A stretch of DNA of 64,000 nucleotides from an uncultured Chlorobiaceae bacterium (GCA_903869365.1 CAIPYV010000009.1:1042-65041); one strand, 5' to 3'. Shown: positions 1 through 11,577, counted from the stretch's first letter. The notes: a model not told the origin generated them from the sequence alone. A program made the numbers and translations.

Positions 1-277
1 TCATGTTTTTAATGTAGTCAGCGTGACCTGGACAGTCAATGTGTGCGTAATGACGTTTTTTGGTCTGGTACTCAACGTGTGCAGTTGAAATGGTAATACC
101 GCGTTCTCTCTCTTCAGGAGCTTTATCGATACTGCCGAAATCGCGCTGCAGTGCAAGACCCTGCTTTGCAAGAACCGAAGTAATTGCAGCAGTCAAAGTT
201 GTCTTACCATGATCTACGTGACCAATGGTTCCTATATTTACATGGGGTTTATCCCTTTTGTAGGACTCTTTTGCCAT
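1..277 (-). CDS. tuf: Elongation factor Tu, 5' part (runs off window edge; not in ORF track)
   Basis: Manual translation from ATG at 277: [27 protein letters not shown]...ERERGITI...[12 protein letters not shown]; GGAG SD upstream; follows fusA. Confidence 0.98.
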   Translation of the reverse strand, partial: MAKESYKRDKPHVNIGTIGHVDHGKTTLTAAITSVLAKQGLALQRDFGSIDKAPEERERGITISTAHVEYQTKKRHYAHIDCPGHADYIKNM

Positions 278-345
278 AACTTATCTCCGTGACGGTTATC
301 TTTTATTGATTGTAGTAGTTAAAACTGATATTCCCTGTTTCTCGC

Positions 346-2460
346 TTAGTCCGAATCCTTGCTTACTCTCTTCTCCTGCAAAGCCTCCGCAATATTGCGA
401 GGAACTTCGCGATAACAATCAAACTCCATAGAATAATTTGCCCTTCCCTGACTCATAGAACGAAGATCGGTTGAATATCCAAACATCGCTGAAAGAGGTA
501 CCTTGGCATTGACAAACTGAGCTCCTGCTCTCTGCCCCATACCTTCAATATGACCACGACGGCTTGAAAGGTCACCCATAACATCACCAAGATACTCGTC
601 GGGTGTCACAACTTCAACTTTCATGATCGGCTCAAGGAGAACTGGATCGGCTTTTTTAGCAGCTCCTTTGAACCCTATTGAACCAGCAATCTTGAACGCC
701 ATTTCTGATGAGTCAACCTCATGGTACTTACCATCATACAGTGTCACCTTGATATCCTGCATCGGAAATCCTGCAACCACACCACTCTTCATGGCCTGCT
801 GCACACCGGCATTCACTGCAGGGATATACTCTCTCGGGATAACACCGCCTTTGACAGCGTCAACAAATTCATATCCTTTTCCTTCCTCAAGCGGCTCAAC
901 AGTAATATTTACCAGTCCAAACTGACCTTTACCACCCGACTGACGAACAAACTTGCCCTCAAAGTCAACCTTCTTTCTGATAGTCTCGCGGTAGGCAACC
1001 TGAGGCTGTCCAACATTAGCCTCAACCTTGAACTCACGGCGAAGCCTATCAACCAGAATTTCGAGATGCAGCTCACCCATACCAGCAATCAGAGTCTGGC
1101 CGGTTTCATCATCAGTCTTTACTTTAAATGTAGGATCCTCCTCGGCAAGCTTTGCAAGCGACATACCGAGCTTATCAGAATCGGCCTTGGTTTTCGGCTC
1201 AATAGCGATTTCAATAACCGGTTCAGGAAAAACCATTTTTTCGAGAACCACCGGATTATTTTCATCACAGAGGGTATCACCGGTTCTTACATCCTTCAAA
1301 CCTACAGCTGCTGCGATATCTCCGCAATAAACACAATCTATATCCTCTCTCTTGTTGGAGTGCATCTGAAGCACACGACCAATACGCTCTTTTTTGCCGG
1401 TCATTGTATTCAATACATAACTGCCAGCCTTGAGAATACCGGAATAAACCCTGAAAAATGTAAGCTTGCCGACAAACGGGTCGGTAGCAATCTTAAAAGC
1501 GAGAGCAGCAAATGGCTCCTCATCTTTCGGCTCACGTGATATCGACTCTTCTGTACGCGGATGGTGACCCTGAACAGCACCGACATCAACCGGAGAAGCA
1601 AGATACTCGACAACCGCATCAAGCATAAACTGAACACCCTTATTCTTAAAGGATGAACCGCAAAGTACCGGAATAATAGTAACCTTAAGTGTTGCCTGAC
1701 GCAACACATCTCTTACCTCTTTTTCAGTGATATCCTCACCGTTCAAATATTTCTCAAGAAGCGTGTCGTCATGTTCGGAAACAGCTTCAAGCATATTAAT
1801 CCGCCATGTCCTGGCTTCGTTCTGCAGGTCATGAGGAATATCTACCTCTTCGTAGGTGCTGCCGTCTTCTCTATCATAAATGATACCCTTCATTCTGATA
1901 AGATCAACGAATCCGGCAAAAATCTCACCTTCACCAATCGGTATCTGAAGAGGTACAGGATTCGCTCCCAATCTCTCTCTTATAGCCTTAACAGTTTCAA
2001 AAAAGTTAGCGCCGGTTCTGTCCATCTTGTTGACATAGGCAATTCTCGGAACGCCATACTTATTTGCCTGACGCCACACCGTTTCAGACTGAGGCTCAAC
2101 ACCGCCAACCGCGCAAAAAAGCGCAACAGCACCATCAAGCACGCGAAGGGAACGCTCTACCTCAACAGTAAAATCTACGTGTCCAGGTGTGTCAATAATA
2201 TTGATCCTGTGATTAATACCGATATAATTACCAAACTTCGGCATCCAAAAACAAGTTGTAGCGGCTGAGGTGATTGTAATACCACGCTCTTTCTCCTGAT
2301 CCATCCAGTCCATTGTCGCACCGCCCTCATGCACCTCACCCATCCGGTGCAACCGGCCCGTGTAATACAATATCCTCTCTGTCGTCGTCGTCTTTCCGGC
2401 ATCAATGTGAGCCATGATACCGATGTTGCGTACTTTATCTAAATCAACCAGCCTTGCCAT
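346..2460 (-). CDS. fusA: Elongation factor G
   Basis: [14 protein letters not shown] and DTPGH motifs; 704 aa; str operon context. Confidence 0.99.
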   Translation of the reverse strand: MARLVDLDKVRNIGIMAHIDAGKTTTTERILYYTGRLHRMGEVHEGGATMDWMDQEKERGITITSAATTCFWMPKFGNYIGINHRINIIDTPGHVDFTVEVERSLRVLDGAVALFCAVGGVEPQSETVWRQANKYGVPRIAYVNKMDRTGANFFETVKAIRERLGANPVPLQIPIGEGEIFAGFVDLIRMKGIIYDREDGSTYEEVDIPHDLQNEARTWRINMLEAVSEHDDTLLEKYLNGEDITEKEVRDVLRQATLKVTIIPVLCGSSFKNKGVQFMLDAVVEYLASPVDVGAVQGHHPRTEESISREPKDEEPFAALAFKIATDPFVGKLTFFRVYSGILKAGSYVLNTMTGKKERIGRVLQMHSNKREDIDCVYCGDIAAAVGLKDVRTGDTLCDENNPVVLEKMVFPEPVIEIAIEPKTKADSDKLGMSLAKLAEEDPTFKVKTDDETGQTLIAGMGELHLEILVDRLRREFKVEANVGQPQVAYRETIRKKVDFEGKFVRQSGGKGQFGLVNITVEPLEEGKGYEFVDAVKGGVIPREYIPAVNAGVQQAMKSGVVAGFPMQDIKVTLYDGKYHEVDSSEMAFKIAGSIGFKGAAKKADPVLLEPIMKVEVVTPDEYLGDVMGDLSSRRGHIEGMGQRAGAQFVNAKVPLSAMFGYSTDLRSMSQGRANYSMEFDCYREVPRNIAEALQEKRVSKDSD

Positions 2461-2501
2461 AAAAATATTTTTGACCTTTTATCCACACTTTAAACAACTA
2501 C

Positions 2502-2969
2502 TTAGAACCTGAAATGGGCAAACGCCTTATTCGCATCGGCCATTCTGTGCACCTCATCGCGCTTTTTCACTGATGCACCCTGCTCATTGGCAGCATCCAT
2601 CAACTCAGAAGCAAGTTTTTCCGCCATGGATTTGCCTCCACGCTTTGCTGCATACATCTTCAGCCAGCGGAACGCAAGCGCACCTCTTCTTGAAGCCTTA
2701 ACTTCCATAGGAATCTGATAGGTCGCACCACCAACCCTCTTACTACGAACCTCAACGACCGGCGCAATATGCGACATAGCCTTGCGATACACCTCCAAAG
2801 GATCTTCCCCTGTCATTTTTTCGGCAATAATAGCGAAAGCATCATAAACAATCTTCGTTGCAACTGCTTTCTTACCATCAAGCATTACAGCATTGATAAA
2901 ACGGGCAACACTTTCATCCCCGTAACGAAAATCAACACCTATTCTTTTATAGCCACCTTTTTTCGGCAT
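2502..2969 (-). CDS. rpsG: 30S ribosomal protein S7
   Basis: [15 protein letters not shown] and [15 protein letters not shown] motifs. Confidence 0.99.
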   Translation of the reverse strand: MPKKGGYKRIGVDFRYGDESVARFINAVMLDGKKAVATKIVYDAFAIIAEKMTGEDPLEVYRKAMSHIAPVVEVRSKRVGGATYQIPMEVKASRRGALAFRWLKMYAAKRGGKSMAEKLASELMDAANEQGASVKKRDEVHRMADANKAFAHFRF

Positions 2970-2995
2970 ATTCTTCTATAAATTTATGATTGGAC

Positions 2996-3403
2996 CTATC
3001 TGCCTTTACCCTTGACAGGAGCAGCTACACCGGCTTTCGGCTGCTTGGCCCCATACTTCGAACGACTCTGCTTACGATCAGCAACACCGGAGGTATCCAG
3101 CGAGCCGCGCACAATGTGATAACGGACACCAGGAAGATCCTTTACCCTGCCGCCTCTGATCAAAACAATAGAGTGCTCCTGCAGGTTATGACCCTCTCCG
3201 GGGATATATGCCGTAACTTCAATCTTGTTAGACAACCTTACACGTGCAACTTTCCGTAGCGCTGAGTTAGGTTTTTTTGGTGTAGTCGTGTAAACACGTG
3301 TACAAACGCCGCGCTTTTGCGGACACTTATCAAGCGCCGGTGACGCTGTTTTTGTTACTTTTACACTTCTTCCGAGCCTGATGAGCTGCTGAATCGTCGG
3401 CAT
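2996..3403 (-). CDS. rpsL: 30S ribosomal protein S12
   Basis: [19 protein letters not shown] and [13 protein letters not shown] motifs. Confidence 0.99.
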   Translation of the reverse strand: MPTIQQLIRLGRSVKVTKTASPALDKCPQKRGVCTRVYTTTPKKPNSALRKVARVRLSNKIEVTAYIPGEGHNLQEHSIVLIRGGRVKDLPGVRYHIVRGSLDTSGVADRKQSRSKYGAKQPKAGVAAPVKGKGR

Positions 3404-3711
3404 ACTGAAACTCTCTTTCTATTTAAAAACCTCTGATTACAAAAGACGCAATCCTAAAAATCCATAAGGACAACCAATGTAAGAGAATTATAAAAAAAAA
3501 CAAAACCTAAATCATCATTTTTGTTCTCTTGAGAAAAAATCTTTACTCTCTTTTTTTAGCTCAGCATAGAGAGGCCACAATGCCTACAAATACTGGCTTT
3601 CCAATTTCTCCAATTGAACCTAAAGCAATATTAAAACTAACTCCTTGATGAACAAATCGTAACAGCATGATCGGTGTTGTCAGCATACTTGTAACCCTCT
3701 TTTCTCTTGTA

Positions 3712-6078
3712 TTATATCCCGTGCTGTTTCCGGAAATGAACCGCCAGCACACCGACTATAACGAGGAGCAGCGCCAGCACGAATGCGCCGAGAGATATCC
3801 TTTGCCCTGTTTCAAAACCGCTTCGGTCGTAATTAAAGCTAACTTCCCTGCTCCCCGCAGGGACTACGACACCACGAAGTAATCCGTTCACCTTTATCAT
3901 TGATGCTGTCCGCCCATCAACTGTAACTTTCCAGCGCAAGGGATAATAGAGTTCACTGACAACAAGGAATGCCTCGCCTGGAGCTGAAACCTTCAGGATC
4001 ATTGATTCTGGCTGCGCGTCAAGCGCTGTAACTGTTGCGGCAGCATAGGTTCGGCTTCCTGTCCAGAGAGATCCATCGACATACGCCTCACCTGGTGCCG
4101 CCGGGTCTTCAAGAAGCCTGGCAAACAAGGCCTCATCGCTTTTCAATCCTGTAACACGTCTTGCGAACCATGCCCTCGGATTCGTGCCCTGAATCGTATA
4201 GACATAGACGGGAAGCGGACCGTTTACCAGCTGAAGCGAACCCGTCTTGACCAGTTCAAGTGACGGATGCACAACTGGTTCAGGAGTGATGAGATAGGCG
4301 ACATTAAGCATTCTAAGAATATTCAGACTTGCAAGGTTTTCTGTTTTGGCAAGAAACTCTTCATAGAGCTTCAGCTTTGCAGGATGGTAGCCCCCTGTCG
4401 ACTCGATACCGAAAAGAGCAAACTTGTTCTCCGTAAAAAGCAGCCCTGCAGGATAGATTCTGAACAACCCTTTTCTGGAAGCCAGAAAGCTGGTAATATC
4501 ATCGTGGCGGAATGCGCGTTCCACCACCCTGCTATGAGTAGACACAGGGTTACGCAGGGATGCAGCTGATGGATTAATAATCTGCAGGTCAAGCAAGATA
4601 ATATCACCAAGAGCTATCAGAAGAAGCAGCGCAACCGTCAATTTCCTTGAGAGCATGTTTTTTATCAGAAGCCAGAGCACCCCTGCAGATAGCATTACTA
4701 ACAGGATAATGACAAAGAAACTTTCTTTCAGATTCTCCCACCGCATTTTATTGACCATAAAGGCCAGATTAAAGCTTTCGACCGATGGATCAGGAAAAAG
4801 AGAACGGAAAAAACCTTCAATGCTTTGCTCGAACACAAGAAAAAGAAGCAGGATCCCAACAAGAGCAAAAAGCCCTTTATAAAAAGGCTTTTTCAGTCGA
4901 TCCGATTGGCAGTGAAGCAATTCGTGAACTCCGGCGGAAGCAAAAAAAGCCAGAATAAGATAGACCATGATCAGCGCCATCGAAGGAACCCGGAACTTGC
5001 TGAACAATGGCGCGGCATAATAGAAAAGGTTAAACACCGGGCTGAAAAAACTCCCGAACGACAACAGCAGGAAAAGCAACAATCCTGCACCAAAAAACCA
5101 GGTCAACGGCTCTTTTCTGCGCAGTAACAACCCACCAATGGCAAGCAGGAGCACAACAATACCTGCATAATTGGGAAAGTCAGTAAACGGCATAAAGCCC
5201 CAATAGGTAACCCCGCCAAACCCAAAGCAGCCCGGAACAAGAAAGGTCAGCAGCTCCAGGGGGTGCATAGACCACAGGGTAGCATACTCCCATGATGCAC
5301 CTCCCCCACCGGCAGCCATTCCTCTCACCGAATAGGCGGCATACTGTGATGCGGGGATATATATCGATGCTGCCATACCAAGACCACAGGCAAGAGCCAG
5401 CAGAAGGAGTAACGTGAGTCGAAAGTTTTTAAGAAGGGAATCCCTCCGGGCAATAAGCAGGAAAAGAACAAGCAGCAGTGTAAGCATCCAGGAGTAGTAT
5501 GCAATCTGCACATGAGCACGCTGCAGCTGAAAGCCTGCAACAAGAGCCAGAATCCCCGCATCAGTCAAGCCGCCACGCTCAACAAGCCGCATTGCCGCCC
5601 AGAGCATCCACGGTATATATGCCGTCGTCATGAGCTGACTTCCATGACCATGGACAAGCATGGCCGTCATATAGGGGTTGAGCATGAAAACCGCTCCGCC
5701 GAAAACCGCTGCAAGTGTTGTCAGCCGATAACTCCGCAGAAACAGAAATACTCCGAAACCTGCAAATGCCAGGTGAAGCAGTTGCAGGACAATACCATCG
5801 GGATGGAACAGGTTAAAAAACAGGTTCGGAAAATAGAGAGCGCTGAGATAGCTGAATGCTTCTACAGTCGGCATACCTGAAAAAATCCAGGGCTGCCAGA
5901 GCGGATAGTTCCCTGTTGCCTCATGAACCCGGTCAAGGGCAATCGTTGAAGCCAGCGGAACAAGTGTATCGGGTGCAAGCAGAATTTTCGACTGAAAAAC
6001 AAGGGGGTAATAGAGAAGCAATGCCAGAACAGTATAGCCGGCAAAAACAATGAGAAACAGCAGGATGGTTTTCTTCAC
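3712..6078 (-). CDS. YfhO-family polytopic membrane protein (GT-C-like glycosyltransferase)
   Basis: 788 aa with many TM segments; YPLWQPWIFSGMP near the N-terminus; ELYYPLRWKVTVDG...VNGLLRGVVVPAGSREVSFNY C-terminal motif typical of YfhO. Confidence 0.75.
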   Translation of the reverse strand: MKKTILLFLIVFAGYTVLALLLYYPLVFQSKILLAPDTLVPLASTIALDRVHEATGNYPLWQPWIFSGMPTVEAFSYLSALYFPNLFFNLFHPDGIVLQLLHLAFAGFGVFLFLRSYRLTTLAAVFGGAVFMLNPYMTAMLVHGHGSQLMTTAYIPWMLWAAMRLVERGGLTDAGILALVAGFQLQRAHVQIAYYSWMLTLLLVLFLLIARRDSLLKNFRLTLLLLLALACGLGMAASIYIPASQYAAYSVRGMAAGGGGASWEYATLWSMHPLELLTFLVPGCFGFGGVTYWGFMPFTDFPNYAGIVVLLLAIGGLLLRRKEPLTWFFGAGLLLFLLLSFGSFFSPVFNLFYYAAPLFSKFRVPSMALIMVYLILAFFASAGVHELLHCQSDRLKKPFYKGLFALVGILLLFLVFEQSIEGFFRSLFPDPSVESFNLAFMVNKMRWENLKESFFVIILLVMLSAGVLWLLIKNMLSRKLTVALLLLIALGDIILLDLQIINPSAASLRNPVSTHSRVVERAFRHDDITSFLASRKGLFRIYPAGLLFTENKFALFGIESTGGYHPAKLKLYEEFLAKTENLASLNILRMLNVAYLITPEPVVHPSLELVKTGSLQLVNGPLPVYVYTIQGTNPRAWFARRVTGLKSDEALFARLLEDPAAPGEAYVDGSLWTGSRTYAAATVTALDAQPESMILKVSAPGEAFLVVSELYYPLRWKVTVDGRTASMIKVNGLLRGVVVPAGSREVSFNYDRSGFETGQRISLGAFVLALLLVIVGVLAVHFRKQHGI

Positions 6079-6085
6079 AACGGTA

Positions 6086-7576
6086 TCACTTTGTTTCCTT
6101 GTTAATAAAGGGTATGAACCTGAAAATAATCTCTCGTTCCTCCTGTTCCAACTTCAGGAGCAGCATCAAGGTGATATAACTGAACACCGAGAGCAGAGCT
6201 CCCGTCATAAATCCAGCAAATACCGGAAGTCCCAGCAGCCATGGACGTGCAGCCACGAGGAGTAGCGCAGCAAACAGACCTGCAGCAAGAGGCTTCCACA
6301 GTGCTTTGGCGAAAGGATGAATCTTTAAAAGAATGAATATCTCAGAAAGCCTGACCGATGAAAGCAGAACAAAGACAAGCAGTGTCGCAAGAGCTGCTCC
6401 GTTTATGCCCATCCGCGGTATCAGAAGAAAATTCAGAGTGACCTGCAACCCAAGGGCACCAAAAGCGTTGTACAGACAGAGACGCGCATAACCAGTCATG
6501 GCCAACAGTGTCGAAGAGAGCCCGAACGAGACATGGAGGAAAGAAGCGGCCGTCAACAGAACCAGGGCGTTCCTCCCTGGGGTAAACCGTGTACCGAATA
6601 TCCCGAGCACTGGTTCGGGAAGAATCATGAACAGGATAACAGGAGGAACAACAAGTCCGAGAATCCAGCGAGTCAGCATTTTATAGATCCTGCCTATCTC
6701 TGCTTTTTCGCTCTCCGTATGCAGTGCAGCCATCATCGGCGCAGCAATACCGGCAAAAGCAAAAAGCACCGCACGGATAATGCCTGCCGTTCTGGCTGCA
6801 GGATGATAAAGTCCAACAGTTGCCGTATCAGTAAGCATCCCGAGCATGACAACATCAAGCCAGTATGTCATCATACTCAACAGCGAAACCACCATGAACG
6901 GCAATGCATAGAGCATCATGCTCCTGTCGGGAGAAGCACGAACAATATCCATTGGAACTACGCCGCTGATTTTCGACAAATTGGGGCGAATCCAGAAAAA
7001 TGCTATTGCGGCCGATACACCAAAAGGGAAAAAAAGAGCGGCTTCCTGTCCAGCGGTATAGCGGAAGAGAAGTGTCAAAAGGAGCAGCAACAGTGGACTC
7101 ACGACCTGAGTTGCAATAATTTTCGGCTGAAGCTTCCTGAATCCCTGCATCGCATGTCCATACAGCATGGTTGCAACATTGAAGGGGATGGCCGCAGCAT
7201 AACAGCACAGTGTAAGCCGCAGAAGATGGCTTCCATGCAGCATCGAAGCAATGTACCCAGAAAAAAAAAGCAGAAGCAGCCCCACAATGAGTGAAAGAAA
7301 GAAGCTCGTTTTAAGCGCTGAACCAATAACTGCTTTCTGACGGAGAGGCTCGCTGCTGTTCATGCTCACAAAGCGCAGTAACCCCGAATCAAGCCCTGCA
7401 ACAGCAAGCACTTCGGCAATCTGGATAACAGCAACAGCAAGAGCATAAGTACCAAGAGCTGCGGCATCAAGTACTCTGGCCGCAAGCAGGGTAAAAGCAA
7501 ACCGCGAGGCCTGTCCGAAAAGAAATCCGGCAAAGGAAAAGCCTGCCTGACCAGCTATGACTCTATTGCGATTCAT
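6086..7576 (-). CDS. Wzx/MOP-family oligosaccharide flippase
   Basis: About 12-14 TM segments; WLDVVMLGML...VGLYHPA and LIPRMGINGAALAT motifs. Confidence 0.85.
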   Translation of the reverse strand: MNRNRVIAGQAGFSFAGFLFGQASRFAFTLLAARVLDAAALGTYALAVAVIQIAEVLAVAGLDSGLLRFVSMNSSEPLRQKAVIGSALKTSFFLSLIVGLLLLFFSGYIASMLHGSHLLRLTLCCYAAAIPFNVATMLYGHAMQGFRKLQPKIIATQVVSPLLLLLLTLLFRYTAGQEAALFFPFGVSAAIAFFWIRPNLSKISGVVPMDIVRASPDRSMMLYALPFMVVSLLSMMTYWLDVVMLGMLTDTATVGLYHPAARTAGIIRAVLFAFAGIAAPMMAALHTESEKAEIGRIYKMLTRWILGLVVPPVILFMILPEPVLGIFGTRFTPGRNALVLLTAASFLHVSFGLSSTLLAMTGYARLCLYNAFGALGLQVTLNFLLIPRMGINGAALATLLVFVLLSSVRLSEIFILLKIHPFAKALWKPLAAGLFAALLLVAARPWLLGLPVFAGFMTGALLSVFSYITLMLLLKLEQEEREIIFRFIPFINKETK

Positions 7577-8715
7577 GGGGATTGCTCCTGATAAGCGTTC
7601 TGCAATTCCTGCACCATGGCAGCGGCCAGCGTATCCCAGCTATGTTGTCGGGCGAATACCTGACGTGCTTCCCGGCGATTATCGGCAAGTGCTTCCGGAA
7701 TCATGCGGATAAATGCTTCATGCGAAGAAGCAATATGCACTACCTCCCGTGCACGATCAACCGCACTGCAGTAGTTCATCGAAAGCACTGGTATACCCGA
7801 AGCACAATATTCATAGAGTTTGTTCGGATGAGAAACTCCTTTCAGTTCATTATTGAGCAGCGGCATCAATGCAAGGTCAAAGCGCTGAATCCAGGCAGGC
7901 AGTTCAGCGTAGTCTATTTTTCCAACATAGTGCACATTGGGTATCGAATCAAGAGCATGTTGTTTTTTCCACCACTCCCTTTCATAAGCCGGACCGATAA
8001 GGAGAATCGAGTAGTCTGGCCATGCCTTTGCCGTAGCCGCAACAAGAGCTGTATCAAGCCAGTCCATTGCGCCGGCATAGCCGAGAATCGGCCCCTTCAG
8101 TTTGAAAAGTCCTGACGGTGCCTGATGAGTCGGAGTAGCAAAATGACTGAACTCAACACCGTTGCCAAGTTCAATACAGCGTAAACCGGCGGGAACTTGA
8201 AGTCGGGCGGTAAGCTCCGGGCTCACACTGAAAAGCAACTGCACACTCGAAAGACAGGTGTCGAGGTACCCCTTCAACCACACCGGACTCCCGGGAAAAG
8301 CAAGATGATCATCATTGGCATCATAAAATCGGAGACGACAGGGTAATAGAGCGGCAACCCTGCCCCAATAGATATTGCTCAACCCAATGATTCTTTCACT
8401 GGAAGCAAAACCGAGGAGTGTAACCCAGAACAGCATCAGCACAATTCCGGGCAGGGAAACAAGCAATCGAAACAGCGAAATATCAAGCAATCGCCCGATC
8501 CTGTAGGGGACACTCTTTAAAAAGGGCACACTGACGACCCACACCCGCCCTCTTTTGACTGGGAACCAGTGATGGCGACGACCCAGAGCATAGGGCTCAA
8601 TAAAAAGAATCCTCCAGTTTTCAGGAAAACGCCCCAGAATACGCTGCTTACGAGTCGAAAGAAAGTCCCACTGTATCTCAGAAAACCAGATAAGCCGAAA
8701 TAGAGTGTCTGGCAT
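7573..8715 (-). CDS. Glycosyltransferase, GT-B fold (GT4-like); start chosen at MPDTLF (ORF extends to 8757)
   Basis: ELGNGVEFSHF, GPILGYAG and HPNKLYEYCASGIPV motifs. Confidence 0.85.
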   Translation of the reverse strand: MPDTLFRLIWFSEIQWDFLSTRKQRILGRFPENWRILFIEPYALGRRHHWFPVKRGRVWVVSVPFLKSVPYRIGRLLDISLFRLLVSLPGIVLMLFWVTLLGFASSERIIGLSNIYWGRVAALLPCRLRFYDANDDHLAFPGSPVWLKGYLDTCLSSVQLLFSVSPELTARLQVPAGLRCIELGNGVEFSHFATPTHQAPSGLFKLKGPILGYAGAMDWLDTALVAATAKAWPDYSILLIGPAYEREWWKKQHALDSIPNVHYVGKIDYAELPAWIQRFDLALMPLLNNELKGVSHPNKLYEYCASGIPVLSMNYCSAVDRAREVVHIASSHEAFIRMIPEALADNRREARQVFARQHSWDTLAAAMVQELQNAYQEQSP

Positions 8716-8719
8716 TCCC

Positions 8720-9283
8720 TTATTGAGTGATAAGTTCATAGATCTGCACTTTTTCAAACAATGCCCGCAAAAGCGGCTTCAGTCCTTTAAGATAAAACAA
8801 CAAGGGGCGGATACGAAACTCCTCGCTTCTGACAACCCTGAACCCGGCTCGGTTAAAAAGAGAGAGGGCCGATTGACGACTCATCTCATGAAAATGATCG
8901 GGACTTGCAAGAAATGCCGGCTTCCTGAGTGGCATCGACACATAAAGCCGGGCACTTTCGCCCTTCAAGAGCCGTTTGACCTCAACAAGCGCATGAAGCG
9001 GATTGTAGAGATGCTCAAGCACCTCAAAAGCAGTAACAACCCCAAACGATCCTTCAAGCGGTTCAAGATCAAGATCAGCTGTGGTATTCTCGAACTGGCA
9101 CCCGAAAAGTTCTTCAAGCGATGCTGTAAACGGAGTACGGTCACCCAGATCAAGGCCTTTGGAATATGGAGTACCTGAATGCGTAGAACGCCGAATAAAG
9201 TCGATGGTATTCCGCCATCGGACGCTATGGGCCGGATCACTGAGATAGTGAGCATCAATGACGGTTCTGAATGTGCTCTGCAT
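8720..9283 (-). CDS. Class I SAM-dependent methyltransferase
   Basis: GLDLG motif I-like; VVTAFEVLEHLYNP; overlaps neighbouring GT genes. Confidence 0.75.
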   Translation of the reverse strand: MQSTFRTVIDAHYLSDPAHSVRWRNTIDFIRRSTHSGTPYSKGLDLGDRTPFTASLEELFGCQFENTTADLDLEPLEGSFGVVTAFEVLEHLYNPLHALVEVKRLLKGESARLYVSMPLRKPAFLASPDHFHEMSRQSALSLFNRAGFRVVRSEEFRIRPLLFYLKGLKPLLRALFEKVQIYELITQ

Positions 9284-10139
9284 CCGGCACTCTCCCTGTT
9301 TTGTGCATCACTCCATGTTTGATTCTCATCATTTCCGGAAAACTGCCGGCAAGGCGCAGTGGAAAAAGGATAAGATACCATGCCATTCCGTTCCATGCCC
9401 GGTACTTTCTCAGAAGACGAAGCACTCCGAAACTTTTTTTAACCAGCTTCGATAACGGATTTCCATGAAGCGATGCCGATACTTTATGCCACACCCGTGA
9501 AGAGGGCACATATTCAATACTCATTCCTAAAGAGGCAATCCGCAAAGAGAGATCAACATCTTCGGCATACATTGCAAACGTTTCGTCAAAACCGCCGAGT
9601 GCCTGAAAATCTTTGCATCGCATGGCAAGGCAGCATCCTGTTGCATACCCTGTAGTAACGGGACGACTGAACTGCGGGGAATCTTTTTTTCTGAGCCCGA
9701 CATGGCTGATGAGACCGGTCGAAAGCCTGACAATTCCGCCGCCATACCAGAGTGTATCGGGACTGTCAGAATAGAATATTTTCGGCACAGCAATGCCTGC
9801 CAAGGAGTTCCTCTGAAGGGTTTCAACAAGCGGTACCCAAAAACCGGCTTCTACAATAGTATCGTTGTTCAAAAAAACAACATACTCTCCTTGCAGCTCC
9901 ATAACCCTTCTGAACCCTGCATTGTTGCCTGCCGCATAACCACGATTAGCAGGTAAAACAAGCAACTCTGCATCCGCAAAAGCATCTCGGATCAGCTCTG
10001 CAGAGCCATCGGTCGATCCGTTATCAACAACCAGCACCCTGCATAAAGGTGGCCTTTCCCCTGCAAGAGAGTTGAGACAGGCGAGAGTATCTTCTGCACC
10101 GTTCCAATTCAAAACCACGATCCATGTCACAGGATACAT
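9255..10139 (-). CDS. Glycosyltransferase family 2
   Basis: IVVLNWNG, VVDNGSTDGS, FLNNDT and YAEDVDLSLR motifs. Confidence 0.92.
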   Translation of the reverse strand: MYPVTWIVVLNWNGAEDTLACLNSLAGERPPLCRVLVVDNGSTDGSAELIRDAFADAELLVLPANRGYAAGNNAGFRRVMELQGEYVVFLNNDTIVEAGFWVPLVETLQRNSLAGIAVPKIFYSDSPDTLWYGGGIVRLSTGLISHVGLRKKDSPQFSRPVTTGYATGCCLAMRCKDFQALGGFDETFAMYAEDVDLSLRIASLGMSIEYVPSSRVWHKVSASLHGNPLSKLVKKSFGVLRLLRKYRAWNGMAWYLILFPLRLAGSFPEMMRIKHGVMHKTGRVPDAEHIQNRH

Positions 10140-10143
10140 GGCA

Positions 10144-11286
10144 TCACCTCAGGAAAACTTCAGCTTCAAGGAAATTGCCTGCCGCCGAAGCAAAAGCCTC
10201 CCAGGAAAAATCCTGTCGAAACGTTTCTATTGCTGAACGCAGAGGCAGCGGATCTTTCCTGAGGTCAAGAAACTTTCCAACTGCATCAGCAACCCCTTCT
10301 GGCGAACAATCGCTGGCAACCCAACCCGTTTCGCCATGACGCACCATCTCGGGAAGTGAGCCTGCCGGAGTAACAATAACCGGCACTCCATAACCGTAAG
10401 CAAGCTGCAGCACTCCAGACTGCGTTGCACTGCGATAAGGAAGCACGACAGCATCAGCCGCAGCATAAAAAATTGCCGTACGCTTTCTGGAAACATAACC
10501 AGGATAAAGATCAACACTGCCATCAATACCAAGCTGCTCAATCAATCGTTTGTACTTCTCCAGAGGATCAAAAAACTGTCCAGCAACAATAAGCCTGAGT
10601 GCTGGATCTCTCTGAAGAATCTCCGGCATGGCACGAAGCAGAAGATCAAGCCCTTTATAAAAGCGTACATACCCAAAAAAAAGCAGCACCGGCGCTTCTC
10701 CTCCAAGATGCAGAGCACTGCGGGCATCATGCCTTGAAGGAATGTCCCTTTCCGGTTCATAGATCGGGTGAAAAAGCGGAAGCACTGGAATTTCCGGCAT
10801 GGCGGCACTCACCTCCTGAAAAACACTTTTTGAGAGGGTCACAAACCCATCTGCGAAAGCCGAAAGCAGTCGACTCATGAAAGGATCAAAAAAAAATGAT
10901 TCATGAGCTGAAAGATTATGGAGCAATACCACCATCTTGACGCCAGTCAAACGTCGAAGTACATAATAGAATGGCGCCAGCACTCCTGTCCAGTAGGCCA
11001 CAAGCAGAATATCCGGGTGTAATGACCTTATGGACCGGATAGTTCCAAACCAGGAAAAGGGGTTATAGAGCACCAGTCGAACCTCATCGGGAAAAACAGG
11101 ATCGGAAGCAGGATCGGCATCAACGGCACCCTGTGATAAAAAATCAGGATAGAGTGCTTTGAAAGCTACTGGAACCACGTCATAGCCTCTGTCAAGAAGG
11201 GCATCTCTCAAAAGTCCGCTGAATCGGGCTATACCGCCTTTCAGGGGAAAAAAGGGAGTGACGAATGCAATCCGCAACGGTTTCAA
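10144..11286 (-). CDS. Glycosyltransferase family 4
   Basis: LLFFGYVRFYKGLDLL and QSGVLQLAYGYGVPVI motifs. Confidence 0.92.
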   Translation of the reverse strand: MKPLRIAFVTPFFPLKGGIARFSGLLRDALLDRGYDVVPVAFKALYPDFLSQGAVDADPASDPVFPDEVRLVLYNPFSWFGTIRSIRSLHPDILLVAYWTGVLAPFYYVLRRLTGVKMVVLLHNLSAHESFFFDPFMSRLLSAFADGFVTLSKSVFQEVSAAMPEIPVLPLFHPIYEPERDIPSRHDARSALHLGGEAPVLLFFGYVRFYKGLDLLLRAMPEILQRDPALRLIVAGQFFDPLEKYKRLIEQLGIDGSVDLYPGYVSRKRTAIFYAAADAVVLPYRSATQSGVLQLAYGYGVPVIVTPAGSLPEMVRHGETGWVASDCSPEGVADAVGKFLDLRKDPLPLRSAIETFRQDFSWEAFASAAGNFLEAEVFLR

Positions 11287-11310
11287 TTACGCTCTTGGAC
11301 AGATTTCAAA

Positions 11311-11577
11311 CTAAAGTTCTCCAAACCCTTGTTCAAAAAACTCAACCAACTGACGGGCGGCCTCAACAGCATCCTCACCATCAAGCTTGAGTATCAACCG
11401 GGTTCCTTTTGGCGCAGCAAGGCTCATGACACCGATAATTGACTTTGCATTAATCTGAACACCCTGCATTTCGATATAAAAATCTGATTTAAAACGAGAT
11501 GCAAGCTTGACAACTGATGCTGCGGGTCTGGTATGGAGACCGGCCTTGTTTTTAACAATAACTTCCTTTACGATCAC
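11311..11577 (-). CDS. ptsH: HPr-family phosphocarrier protein
   Basis: GLHTRPA (His15) and NAKSIIGVMSL (Ser46) motifs. Confidence 0.93.
   Translation of the reverse strand: MIVKEVIVKNKAGLHTRPAASVVKLASRFKSDFYIEMQGVQINAKSIIGVMSLAAPKGTRLILKLDGEDAVEAARQLVEFFEQGFGEL

Noticed and set aside
3561-3752. Small ORF between yfhO-like gene and rpsL (41 aa from ATG 3686)
   Set aside because: Only a weak SD-like AGAGGG, no recognisable family, and it lies in the likely str promoter region
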